Source of the DNA: the human T2T-CHM13v2.0 reference genome, Homo sapiens
NCBI RefSeq assembly: GCF_009914755.1
Contig: NC_060928.1
Strand: one strand, 5' to 3'
Length of the DNA: 64,000 bases
Of the stretch, positions 1-22,894 are shown piece by piece (within the stretch, counting starts at the first letter, position 1; each line of letters starts with the position of its first letter). The notes beneath the pieces were generated by a model. The model did no database searches and was not told the origin of the DNA. It saw only the letters and a list, made by a program, of their open reading frames with translations. The position numbers and the translations under genes are program-made.

Positions 1-421
1 GTAGTGTAAAATACATATAAAACATATTTTGTTAACATAAATACATACTGATTATCTATAAACTAATCTGAAATTTTTTTTTCTGTTTCTATCTGAGGGC
101 AGAAGTAAGATTATAGAGGGAGGTGGTCAGGCGCGGTGGCTCAAGCCTGTAATCCCAGCACTTTGGGATGCCGAGGTGGGTGGATCACCTGAGGCCAGGA
201 GTTTGAGATCAGCCTGGACAACATGGCAAAACCCCATCTCTTCTAAAAATACAAAAATTAGCCAGGCGTGATGGTGGGTGCCTGTAATCCCAGCTACTTG
301 GGAGGCTGAGTTTGGAGAATCACTTCAACCCGGGAGGCGGAGATTGCATTGAGCTGAGATTATGCCACTGCACTCTAGCCTGGGCAACAAGAGCAAAACT
401 CTGTCTCAAAAAAAAAAAAAA

Positions 422-1190
<769 letters not shown>

Positions 1191-1381
1191 AGAGCTGATG
1201 CTAAGATAAAAGCTAAAATGGACTGACATTAATGGCAGTTTATCTTCCAAGACTTTCCCTGGAATTTCCAAGCGTGAAAAAAGACTGCAGAGGCTGCGTG
1301 CGGTGGGTCATGCCTGTAATCCCAGCACTTTGGGAGGCTGAGGTGGGTGGATCAAAATATCAGGAGTTTGAGACCAGCCTA

Positions 1382-1639
<258 letters not shown>

Positions 1640-3139
1640 TTAGCGCAATTGCTGGCTAGGTAGGAAAAAAGATTCTTGATGTTTCCTACTTCTCTATCTT
1701 CCAACAATTCTTCCCTGTTGCTTATTTCAGTGTGTTCTTTTCTTCTATTAAACTGTACTCATGAGTTGTTATGCACTGAATATGTGTGTTTCACCAAAAT
1801 TCATATGTTTAAGCCTTAATTCTTAGGGCTTACATTCTTACATTCAAATTTTTTTTTTTTTCCTTTTGAGACAGTTTCATTCTTGTTGCCCAAGCCAGTG
1901 TGCAAAGGCGCGGTCCCGGCTCACTGCAACCTCCATCACCCAGGTTCAAGCAGTTCTCTGGCCTGAGCCTCCCGAGTAGCTGGGATTACATGGGATTACA
2001 GGTGTGCACCACCACACCCAACTAATTTTTTTCTATTTTTAGTAGAGATGGAGTTTCACCATGTTGGCCAGGCTGGTCTCGAACTCCTGACCTCAGGAGA
2101 TCCACCTGCCTCAGCCTCCTAAAGTGCTGGGATTAAAATTTTTTTTAATTCAACATTTTCTTAAATTCAAAATGTCTTTACATTCTTAAATTCAAAATTC
2201 ATATGTTTAAGCCCTAATCTGAACTTAATGACTTCCCAAAGTGGCCACTTTTATATTTTGTACAGTGAAAAAATATGAAGGCGGTGCCTTTGGGAAAGTC
2301 ATTAGGTTTAGATGAGTTCATGAGGGTGGGGTCCCCATGATGGGATTAGTGGCCTTATCAGAAGAGGAAGAGAGAACCAAGCTCTTTCTGTGCACACAAG
2401 AGAGAAAAGGCATCAGAATGAAACCTGTCTTGCTGGCACTTTGATCTTGGACTTCCCAGTGTCCACAGTATGGAGAAATAAATTTCTATTTTTTAGGTCA
2501 CCCAATGATGGTGTTTTGTTATGGTAGCCAAAGCAGACTAAATCATGATATATCAGCTTTGCTGAATTTTGTGAGCTTTTATAGTGAATTATTGAACCTG
2601 AGTGTGGTCTTGAGGACCTCCTGAACTTGTAGTGGTGATTAGAAAGACTTTTTTCTAGGCTGGGGGCGGTGGCTCACACATAATCCCAGCACTTTGGGAG
2701 GCTGAGGAGGGCAGATGACCTGAGGTGAGGAGTTCAAGACCAGCCTGACCAAAATGGTGAAACCCCATCTCTACTAAAAATACAAAACTTAGCCAGTTGC
2801 GGTGGCAAGCACCTGTAATCCTAGCTACTAGGGAGGCTGAGGCAGGAGAATTGCTTGAACCCAGGAAACAGAGGTTGCAGTGAGCTGAGATTGCACCACT
2901 GCACTTCAGCCTGTGCGACAGAGCCAGACTACTCCAACTCAAAAAAAAAAAAGATTTTGTTCTCTATAACACTAGTCTGAGAGTGTGCAGAAGAGATTAT
3001 ACAGTTTCTATAATATTCTAAGAGTGGATGTAAAGTAAATTACTTCAATTGTTGGATTGTTAATAAATTTACAGGTTTTTTGCTATTGTGTGTAACATTA
3101 TGGTGAAATGTGGCACATATACATTTTTAAATTATATTT

Positions 3140-4600
<1,461 letters not shown>

Positions 4601-4659
4601 AGCTTAGAATTCCACTCTCAGTTGAAACAAACTAGGTGGTTACTGGCAATGGAGTAAGG

Positions 4660-5446
4660 TGCAATTTTAAAAACTTTACTTATGAAAGAGAAAGGAGGTT
4701 AAAGAAAAACCAAGTGAAAGCAGCATCCTACTTTTTCACCATATTTTTATGCTGAAAAGTCTTCTAAGTTAAGTAAGAGACAAGTAAGTTTAGTCCAAAG
4801 TAGAGTTCCTGAGAAGTGTTGAGAATATCCGCAACAGATACGAAAACCTAAAAATTCCAGCAGTGTTTTTAAAGAAATTAAAGAGAGTTGATGTCTTTCT
4901 CCACAATGTGTTGGCCTGCATAAATGATCAACATATTGAAGGCAGATTTCACACTAGATCCTGAAACTGCCCACCCCAATTTTATCATATTAGAAGAGAG
5001 AAATATATGACGTATGGGAGAATGAAACCAAACTTTTCTTACAACCTATACTGATTTTCTTCTCACCTCACTATCCTGAGCGCTGGAGGATTTGATGCTG
5101 GCAGGCATCACTGGCAGGAAGAAGTAAGAAACACAGGACACCGGGCTACAGGAGTGTGCAGGGAGTCTCTTCAGCGATGCTCTGACATCAGCATCACTCA
5201 GTGAGGGCTAGTGGCAAGTTCAGCTCTAGATTAGTCCATGTGGCACAAGGGACACGGGAGGACTGGCGCACGTTGACATTTTTTCTGGATTTTGCGTTTG
5301 GAAAGGTTTCATTCTACAATAATAACAATAGACTCCAAATGTATACCTTCCCTGATACTTTTACAGAAAACCTTTGGCCTTATATCACTACTACACCTAC
5401 TTCAAATATTTTACAGTCTGTGGAATCTAAGATGAATGATGAATGA
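4660..5446 (+). pseudogene. TRIM60-family pseudogene remnant: end of coiled coil + B30.2 (PRY/SPRY); N-terminal half not seen
   Basis: Frameshifted translations VEFLRSVENIRNRYENLKIPAVF, FTLDPETAHPNFII, FDAGRHHWQEEV and FLDFAFGKVSFYN..YTFPDTFTENLWPY align with the TRIM60 C-terminal half. Start is approximate. Confidence 0.85.
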
Positions 5447-5489
5447 CCTGGAAGGCTATTCACATCTTGTTTAATTTTTTTTTTTTTGA

Positions 5490-5672
<183 letters not shown>

Positions 5673-6889
5673 TAGCCAGGATGGTCTTGATCTCCTGACC
5701 TCATGATCCCCCCGCCTCGGCCTCCCAAAGTGTTGGGATTACAGGCGTGAGCCACCGCGCCCGGCCTTCTTTAATATTTTTTCCATGTTCCTGAAAGTAT
5801 TTCCGGACATTGTTTAACCTCAGTTAATTGTTAGGATTAATTATGTTACAAGAGTTAGGGTGTTTTTTTGTCAATAAGCAGATGAAAATTATTTTTTTCA
5901 TTGGTTCCAAAAACTAGTTATAATATATGAATTATAATATAATTAGAATATTCTAATCAGAATATTCTACTTCACAGAAATTATGTGGGAATCAGTTACA
6001 AAATGGTTTAGCAATTCCAAAAGGGAAGACTCTAGAAATATAACTTTTTCTTGCCAATTTTGTATTCTCAGTGCCAATAAATGTATTTCACCATGTTTAC
6101 TAATTTTGTATTGTCATGTGTCCTATATGTTATGTATGTAAGAAGCTTCAGAAGAAGCTTCTTAAGAAATTAATGCTTGGTAGGAGTTTCAGGATCTGTA
6201 TATGTGGAGAAGTCTTGTACCTCCTGTGCTGTTGCAGAAAGGTAAGTTAATTGATTTCTGTGTTGGGGGCTTTCTAACACTAATCTCAGAATCAGTGAAA
6301 TGCTAGAAGGACTCAATGAACTTGGAAACACTGGTACATTCTGAGTCCCAATTTATTGTGGTGAAAGGCTGTAGATTAAAATTAATAATGAAAAAATGTA
6401 CATAGGGCAGGGTCCAGGAGACAGCAGGCATAAGCTCTAGTTGTCTTCTTCCGTAACATGTAAGTGAAGAGAAAAAATATAAGCTAGTCTAGGATATGTA
6501 GTAATACTACTGTGTGAATACACACCCATACATGAAAAAGTCTGTGTGATGGAAGAATGATTTCAAAATAAATCTAAATCTGTGTGGAATCATGGATGGG
6601 TGATTTTTACTTTTTCCTTTCACTTTACTAGTTCTGGGTCACAGTCAATTAACAAAAATATTATCCAAACCCCTACTGTGACTGTTTACTATTTGCTAAG
6701 TCTTTGCTTTCTCATTAAATTCTAATTCAACTGTGAGGCCAGCACTGTTTCTAGGAGCCGGGCTCCTTAGTGCAAATGGGAGAAAGTACTATAGTGCATT
6801 TGGAATGTTCTCAAGCACAGCCAGTGAGTGTGAAGAGTAGGATTTTGTAAATTTTAAAAAATATGTATTACTTGAAAACAAAAGTATTA

Positions 6890-7266
6890 CTGGGAGTCAT
6901 GGACTAGATGTTTGCATCCCCCTAAAATTCACATGTCCAAACCCTGACTCTCGATGCAATTGTATTAGGAGATGAAATCTTTATCAGGTAATTAGGTTTC
7001 GATGAGGTCCTAAAGGAGGAGCCCCCATAATGGGATTAATATCTTTTTGAGAAAAGGAAAAGAATTCCCAGGTACCTCACTCTGCCTTGTAAGGTTATAG
7101 CACTAAGGCAGCCTGCAGGCCAGAAGAGGGCCCTCACCAGAAGCCCACCAGGCTGACACCCTGATCTTGGGATTGTCCACCCCTGGAATTGTCATAATTA
7201 AATGTCTCTTGTTTAAACCACCAAGTCTATTGTAGTTTTTTATAGCAGCCCAAGCTGAGTAAGACA
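6890..7266. mobile_element. MaLR LTR (MST/MLT1-type)
   Basis: aaattcacatg...gccctcaccagaa...cctgatcttgg...ttatagcagcccaagctgagtaagaca; a similar element lies at ~1770-2545. Confidence 0.7.
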
Positions 7267-8041
7267 CTGGGTAAAAAATATTAGCAAAAAGCTTGTGATC
7301 TAGCAGCTGCTACCTCAAAAATCACTGGTATTAAATTACCTTCCCAGTCTTCACCCATTATTCACTCTGGGTGAGTTATTACCTCATTTGCCTGAACTAC
7401 CGGTCCACAACTTTTAGCACGTTGTATTTTAGAAAATGTATAAGCACAGATGGGGGCTTTGAGCTCTATGTTTTCAAAGACTTATTTCTGTATTCCTGGT
7501 CCAATAGTAGGATGGTATAATAAATCTTGATAGCAACTAGGAAAATACATCTTCTCTGTATGTACTTCCTTATTTAGAATGGCTTCGATGCCTCCTGGAC
7601 AATTACTTTGGCATAGGAATTTTACTATCACCAGATACACATCACCAGAGTTCTTGTAAACATTTGCTTGAAAACACATGAAATTTATATATTAACTGGA
7701 GAGAACTGAGACCCTCAAACTCAAGATCCTATTGAAGGTAAGTAACTTAGACTGAGGGTGAATCTTATTTCTTGATTTTAAGTCAATAACAAGGGAATGT
7801 TGTTAGCTCAGCACAGCTCCCTCCCAACTCAGACTCCACCGTCCAATGTCCCAAACCTCACCGCGCTTGAGGAGCAGGCTGGGTTGAATATTGAGCACCA
7901 GCTTCATGAAACTCCTGTCTGATCACTTCTACTTCTGGAAAGCTCACTTGTATTCTCGGAGTTTCCTTAGCTGTGTTAATTTAAATATATCTATATTGAT
8001 GTTTTCCCCTCTCTAACAACCATATATTTCCACAGGAATGG

Positions 8042-9009
8042 TGTGGGGAAAAGCAAGAGAGATCAGATTGTTACTGTGTCTGTGTAGAAAGAAGTAGACA
8101 TAGGAGACTCCATTTTGTTCTGTACTAAGAAAAATTCTTCTGCCTTGAGATGCTGTTAATCTGTAACCTTACCCCCAACCCCTTGCTCTCTGAAACATGT
8201 GCTGTGTCAACTCAGGGTTAAATGGATTAAGGGCGGTGCAAGATGTGCTTTGTTAAACAGATGCTTGAAGGCAGCATGCTCATTAAGAGTCATCACCACT
8301 CCCTACTCTCAAGTACCCAGGGACACAAACACTGCAGAAGGCCGCAGGGACCTCTGCCTAGGAAAGCCAGGTATTGTCCAAGGTTTCTCCCCATGTGATA
8401 GTCTGAGATATGGCCTCATGGGAAGGGAAAGACCGACCGTCCTCCAGCCCGACACCCGTAAAGGGTCTGTGCTGAGGAGGATTAGTAAAAGAGGAAGGAA
8501 CCGCCTCTTTGCAGTTGAGACAAGAGGAAGGCATCTGTCTCCTGCCCATCCCTGGGCAATGGAATGTCTCGGTATAAAACCCGATTGTATGTTCCATCTA
8601 CTGAGATAGGGGAAAACTGCCTTAAGGCTGGAGGTGCGACATGCGGGCAGCAATACTGCTCTTTAAGGCATTGAGATGTTTACGTGTATATATATCTAAA
8701 GCACAGCACTTAATTCTTTACCTTGTCTATGATGCAGAGACCTTTGTTCACGTGTTTATCTGCTGACCTTCTCTCCACTATTATCCTATGACCCTGCCAC
8801 ATCTGCCTCTCCGAGAAACATGCAAGAATGATCAATAAATACTAAGGGAACTCAGAGGCTGGCGGGATCCTCCATCTGCTGAACGCTGGTCCCCTGGGCC
8901 CCCTTATTTCTCTCTCTATACTTTGTCTCTGTGTCTTTTTATTTTCCAAGTCTCTCGTTCCACCTAAGGAGTAACACCCACAGGTGTGGAGGGGCAACCC
9001 CCCCCTTCA
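8042..9009 (+). mobile_element. HERV-K(HML-2) solo LTR5, 968 bp
   Basis: TGTGGGGAAAAGCAAGAGAG...CCCCTTCA termini. Perfect 6-bp TSD GAATGG at 8036-8041 and 9010-9015. Confidence 0.97.
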
Positions 9010-9515
9010 GAATGGAAGTACATGACAGCACTCCTTTAAAACAATATGGTATCTCTGAAATGTCCACATAGCTCCTGGAGATGCCACACAAGCCACTGGA
9101 AAGTGCTGCTCTCCAAATTTAGGAAATTAAAATCAGACAACACTGTTTCAGTTGCTGTTTTAATTGACTGGATCTTATTTAAATTTGGTGTGAGATGAAT
9201 CCTGTTCTAATTCATACTGCACAGTTCAGGAAACTTGGTGCGGGAGGTTAGGTGAGTCCCAGGGCTATGCCGCCTCTGAGTGGGAGGAGCACCTGGTGCC
9301 TTCTCCTCTAAGCTGTAGCACCTGTGGCAATGGAGCACTGCTCCCAACTTCAGAAATAGAGCATTTGCTGTGTATTTTGTATTATTTGATAGCACCATTG
9401 TTGAGTGAAGCTTTGCCGGGGACCCTCAAACTCCAACCTCTTTTTGGTTCCCTTGAGGTTACCTTGCTATTCTGCCCTCAGACTGCTTTAAATATCACCT
9501 TAGGAATTAGGACAA

Positions 9516-11387
<1,872 letters not shown>

Positions 11388-12026
11388 ATTCCAGAACATT
11401 TTCATGAGCCCAAAGGGAATTCTTTGCCTAGTGAGAGGTCTCCTTCCTCTGGGCCTTGAAACCAAGCATCCATCCCCTTTCTGACTGTATAAACTATTTT
11501 GGTTAACTAACATAAATGAAACCATGCAATGGTAGCCTTTTGTATCTGGTTTCTTTCAGTAAGCATATTGTCTGCAATGTTCATCTAATGTTGAAGCATG
11601 GGTCAGTATTTTGTTCCTTTTTTGGGTGACTAATGTTGCACAGTATTGTTATACTACTTTGTTTATTCATTCATAGATTAATGAAAATTTGGATTTGTTT
11701 CCATTATTTGGCTATTATGAATAATGCTATTATACTATGAACATTTGTGCACAAGTTTTTTTGTTGACCTATGTTTTCAATTTTTAAAAATACATATCAA
11801 GGAGTAAAATTGCTGAATTTAATGCAACCTGATTATGTTTGAAGAACTGCCAAAATACCACAGCAGCTATATAATTGGACATTTGGTGGGACCCTTTTGA
11901 AATTAAAATTTAAATATACCTTCAACTAGTTTCTTAGTTCTGTTTGTTTGCTTTATAATATTTGGAAGTCAAGTATTGCATGAGAAAGTCTAGCAGATTT
12001 ACAACGTTAACCAAAGATGTAATCTT

Positions 12027-12326
<300 letters not shown>

Positions 12327-12752
12327 CGAAGATGTAATCTTAAATAAGAATTGTGGAGTCAGTGGCTAATAGGATGAAAGATGTCAAAAGTGATTTGATG
12401 GTGATATAAAAGGGTACAGAGGATGCTATGAGAGGATGGAAAGGTGCTAGCGGAAGCTACGACTTTGGATGAATTACCCATTCTAGGACTCACTTTCCTC
12501 TTCTTTGTAGAGAATGCAATCGTCACTACCTGTCAGTTCTGATACACAGATTCCATTGAAAGTTTGGGTGAAGCACTCAATCCAGTGCATGTATCATGAT
12601 GAATAACTCAGTAAATGCTAGCTGTTCTCTGGGAACAAACCGGAGGGCCAAGTACATTGCGAGAAACATTAATCTAGAAGACTGGATACCCTACAGATTG
12701 TTCAGAACACATCTATTTCATTTATAGTATTTCCCAGAGAGAATTTTTCTCA

Positions 12753-13190
<438 letters not shown>

Positions 13191-13346
13191 CTATACATAA
13201 CCTATATTCATATAAATGTTTTATTTTTGTATATGCATAGACCATTTGGGAATACTTACAAAAAGCCATTAACAGCAATTATCCTTTAGAAGGAAAATGA
13301 GTGACAGCAAGTTACTTTGTAACTGTTGTGCCAGGTAGGGCTTTCT

Positions 13347-14314
13347 TGTGGGGAAAAGAAAGAGATCAGATTGTTACTGTGTCTGTGTAGAAAGAAGTAG
13401 ACATAGGAGACTCCATTTTGTTCTGTACTAAGAGAAACTCTTCTGCCTTGAGATGCTGTTAATCTGTAACCTTACCCCCAACCCCTTGCTCTCTGAAACA
13501 TGTGCTGTGTCAACTCAGGGTTAAATGGATCAAGGGCGGTGCAAGATGTGCTTTGTTAAACAGCTGCTTGAGGGCAGCATGCTCCTTAAGAGTCATCACC
13601 ACTCCCTACTCTCAAGTACCCAGGGACACAAAACACTGCGGAAGGCCGCAGGGACCTCTGCCTAGGAAAGCCAGGTATTGTCCAAGGTTTCTCCCCATGA
13701 GATAGTCTGAAATATGGCCTCTGGGAAGGGAAAGACCTGACCATCCCCCAGTCCGACACCCGTAAAGGGTCTGTGCTGAGGAGGATTAGTAAAAGAGGAA
13801 GGAATGCCTCTTTGCAGTTGAGACAAGAGGAAGGCATCTGTCTCCTGCCCATCCCTGGGCAATGGAATGTCTCGGTATAAAACCCGATTGTATGTTCCAT
13901 CTACTGAGATAGGGGGAAACTGCCTTAGGGCTGGAGGTGGGACATGCGGGCAGCAATACTACTCTTTAAGGCATTGAGATGTTTATGTGTATACATATCT
14001 AAAGCACAGCACTTAATTCTTTACCTTGTTCAAGATGCAGAGACCTTTGTTCATGTGTTTATCTGCTGACCTTCTCTCCACTATTATCCTATGACCCTGC
14101 CACATCACCCTCTCCGAGAAACACCCAAGAATGATCAATAAATACTAACGGAACTCAGAGGCCGAGGTGGGATCCTCTATATGCTGAATGCTGGTCCCCT
14201 GGGCCCCCTTATTTCTTTCTCTATACTTTGTCTATGTGTCTTTTTCTTTTTCAAGTCTCTCATTCCACCTAACGAGAAACACCCACAGGTGTGGAGGGGC
14301 AACCTACCCCTTCA
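13347..14314 (+). repeat. 5' LTR5 of provirus
   Basis: TG...CA termini, TATAAAA and AATAAA motifs, followed by PBS-like TGGTGCCCAA at 14317. Confidence 0.96.
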
Positions 14315-16239
14315 TCTGGTGCCCAAGGCTTTTCTCTAGGGTGAAGGTACGCTCGAGTGTGGTCATTGAGGACAAGTCGACGAAGAGATCCTGAGTACGT
14401 CTACAGTCAGCCTTACGGTAAGCTTGTGCACTCGGAAGAAGCCAGGGTAACAATGGGGCAAACTAAAAGTAAATATGCCTCTTATCCCAGCTTTATTAAA
14501 ATTCTTTTAAAAAGAGGGGGAGTTAGAGTATCTACAAAAAATCTAATCAAGCTATTTCAAACAATAGAACAATTTTGCCCATGGTTTCCAGAACAAGGAA
14601 CTTTAGATCTAAAAGACTGGAAAAAAATTGGCAAAGAACTAAAACGAGCAGGTAGGGAGGGTAAAATCATCCCACTTACATTATGGAATGATTGGGCCAT
14701 TATTAAAGCATTTTTAGAACCATTTCAAACAGAAGAAGATAGCATTTCAGTTTCTGATGCCCCTGGAAGTGGTGTAATAGATTGTAAAGAAGAGACAGGG
14801 AGAAAATCCCAGAAAAAAATGGAAAGTTTACATTGTGCGAATATGTAGCAGAGCCGGTAATGGCTCAGTCAATGCAAAATGTTGACTATAAACAATTACA
14901 GGAGGTGATATATCCTGAAACGTTAAAATTAGAAGAAAAAGGTCCAGAATTAGTGAGGCCATCAGAGTCCAAACCACGAGAGCCAAGTCCTTTTCTAGCA
15001 GGTCAGATGCCCATAACATTACAACCTCAAACGCAGGTTAGAGAAAATAAGACCCAACCACCAGTAGCTTATCAATACTGGCCACTGGCTGAACTTCAGT
15101 ATCAGCCACCCCCAGAAAGTCAGTATGGACATCCAGGAATGCTGCCAGCACTACAGAATAGGGTGCCACACCCTCAGCCGCCCACTTTGAGACTTAATCC
15201 TATGGCACCACCTAGTAGACAGGGTAGTGCATTACATAAAATTATTGTCAAGAAAATTATAGTCAAGAAAGCAAGGAGATACTGAGGTGTGGCAATTCCC
15301 AGTAATGTTGGAACTGATGCCACCTGGAGAAGGGGCCCAAGAGGGAGAGCCTCCCACAGTTGAGGCCAGATACAAGTCTTTTTCTATAAAAATGCTAAAA
15401 GATAGGAAAGACGGAGTCAAACAGTATGGACCCAACTCCCCTTACATGAGGACATTATTAGATTCCATTGCTCATGGACATAGACTCATTCCTTATGATT
15501 GGGAGATTCTGGCAAAATCGTCTTTCTCACCCTCTCAATTTGTACAATTTAAGACTTGGTGGATTGATAGGACACAAGAACAGGTCCGAAGAAATAGGGC
15601 TGCCAATCCTCCAGTTAACATAGATGCAGATCAACTATTAGGAACAGGTCACAATTGGAGCACTGTTAATCAACAAGCAGTAATGCAAAATGAGGCCATT
15701 GAGCAAGTTAGAGCTATTTGCCTTAGAGACTGGGAAAAATTCCAAGACCCAGGAACCGCCTACCCCTCATTTAATACAATAAGACAAGGCTCTAAAGAGC
15801 CCTACCCTGATTTGTGGCAAGGCTCCAAGATGCTGCTCAAAAGTCAATTGCCGATGAAAATGCCCAAAAAGTCATAGTGGAATTGATGGCATACGAAAAC
15901 GCCAATCCTGAGTGTCAATCAGCCATTAAGCCATTAAAAGGAAAGTTTCCCGCCGAATCAGATGTAATCTCAGACTATGTAAAAGTCTGTCATGGAATTG
16001 GAGGAGCTATGCATAAAGCTATGCTTATGGCTCAAGCAATAGCGGGAGTTGCTTTAGGAGGGCAAGTTAGAACATTTGGAGGGAAATGTTATAATTGTGG
16101 TCAAATTGGCCATTTAAAAAAGAATTGCCCAGTCTCAAATAAACAGAATATAACTATTCAAGCTACTACAACAACAGGTAAAGAGCCACCTGACTTATGT
16201 CCAAGATGTAAAAAAGGAAAACACTGGGCTAGTCAATGT

Positions 16240-19650
<3,411 letters not shown>

Positions 19651-22105
19651 GTGTAGAAAGAAGTAGACATAGGAGACTCCATTTTGTTCTGTACTAAGAA
19701 AAATTCTTCTGCCTTGAGATGCTGTTAATCTGTAACCTTACCCCCAACCCTGTGCTCTCTGAAACACATGCTGTGTCAACTCAGGGTTAAATGGATTAAG
19801 GGCGGTGCAAGATGTGCTTTGTTAAACATGCTTGAAGGCAGCATGCTCCTTAGGAGTCATCACCACTCCCTAATCTCAAGTACCCAGGGACACAAAACAC
19901 TGCAGAAGGCCGCAGGGACCTCTGCCTAGGAAAACCAGGTATTGTCCAAGGTTTCTCCCCATGTGATAGTCTGAAATATGGCCTCGTGGGAAGGGAAAGA
20001 CCTGACCGTCCCCCAGCCCGACACCCATAAAGGGTCTGTGCTGAGGAGGATTAGTATAAGAGGAAGGAATGCCTCTTTGCAGTTGGGACAAGAGGAAGGC
20101 ATCTGTCTCCTGCCCATCCCTGGGCAATGGAATGTCTCGGTATAAAACCCGATTGTATGTTCCATCTACTGAGATAGGGGAAAACTGCCTTAGGGCTGGA
20201 GGTGGGACATGCAGGCAGCAATACTGCTCTGTAAGGCATTGAGATGTTTATGTGTATGCATATCTAAAGCACAGCACTTAATTCTTTACCTTGTCTATGA
20301 TGCAGAGACCTTTGTTCACGTGTTTATCTGCTGACCTCACCACTATTATCCTATGACCCTGCCACATCCCCCTCTCCGAGAAACACCCAATAATGATCAA
20401 TAAATACTAAGGGAACTCAGAGGCCGAGGTGGGATCCTCTATTTGCTGAATGCTGGTCCCCTGGGCCCCCTTATTTCTTTCTCTATACTTTGTCTATGTG
20501 TCTTTTTCTTTTTCAAGTCTCTCATTCCACCTAACGGGAAACACCCACAGGTGTGGAGGGGCAACCCACCCCTTCATTTTATGTATACATTTTTGTTCCA
20601 TAATGAATTTCTGGATGAGTAATTGTTGGGTTAAAGACAATATATTTTCTTTTCTTTTTTTTCTTTTAAAGCAATATATTTTGAATATTTTGACACATTG
20701 TTATATTGCCCTACAATATAGCTAATAATTTTATCTCACTTAGATATATAAAGAGATTATATGTGTCTCTAAATAAAAACTAAGAAATAATTCGGAAACA
20801 TACATTAAAAAGTTCACACTGGGCAGGGTGATGCAATTGAATTTTAAGGAACGGTATTGCCTGAGGCAGGGATGAGATAGAGAAAAAACTGATCATATGT
20901 ACATACCTGTATCATCAGAGTTTTAAAATACTCATTTAAAATGTGCAATCTGTAGGTAAACCACCAATTAAGATGTTAGGTTATCAAACTAACTTCCCAT
21001 ACAATATGTGATATTATATCCATGGTGGCTATTCACAGAAAAGTTACTCACACTGGTTTTGTTTATTGGCATGGTTTATTTTTACTAGGTTGATTGTTTT
21101 GGCGACTTTGGCAGTTTACCATATGTTAACATTTTATATATGAAAAGAAAATGTATGGTGCACTGCCATATATTTTATAGACATACAGATATATAGATAT
21201 TAGATGATAGATAAATAGACAGATAGATTCACTGTGTTACCCAGGCTGGTCTTGAACTCCTGGGCTCAAGCATGATCCTCCTGCCTTGGCCTCTCAAAGT
21301 GCTGGGATTACAGGTACGGGTCACTTTGCTTGGCCCATTTTTATTATTAGCTTATGCAACTTTAATTTCTGGACTTCGAGTTTTCCCTTTAATCTGCATT
21401 CTTTACTCCCATTCTGTTTTATCCAGGTAGTCACACTAAGGTACTTGACAAATTATGAAATATGTATGTAGCCTTGCAAAATATAAAGTATTACTCTCTG
21501 TCATGATGGGTGCTTGATGGCTCCACTTTTTACCACTTTATGTGGCTTATCAATATGTCATCTGTGAATAATTTAAGTACACGTTAAGAATTGTTTTTAA
21601 ATTCCTGAAAGACAGGACTGTTGTTTTCATTTATAGTACTAAACATCTAGTATATTAGAAGTGATTGACCAGAAATTATTTGTTTTTGCTTGTCTACAAT
21701 ATGCCAGTATTGTCCAATAACAATATATTGCATTTTAGTTGTTTGATGTTTTTTGTTTGGTGTAGCAGCAGAACACTGCCTAAAACAACTCTTAAATTCC
21801 TGCTGGTTTCTATTACACAGAACGCTTTGTTTACATGAAGAAAATGATCTACTTTATATACAAAACTATTTTAAACCACCTTCTATTAATTCAAGATATT
21901 AAGCTTGTGACCAGTTCTTTGGAACAAGAACATAAAAACCATGGTTCCTTTCTTCACGAAAATAGAAGGCAGACTAGTAAAACCAAATATTGTTTTTCTC
22001 AGCCTCCTTGTGGATGGAGGATCAGAAGGTGCCCTAGTCTTCTCCAGAAAATAGTGTTCTGAGCTGTCACACATTTTTAGGTTTATATTGTAGGCTATTG
22101 GGTGG

Positions 22106-22894
<789 letters not shown>

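Noticed and set aside
8199-8653. 136-aa and 114-aa ORFs, repeated near 13.5 kb and 19.9 kb
   Set aside because: Chance frames within LTR5 copies; the recurrence reflects LTR homology.
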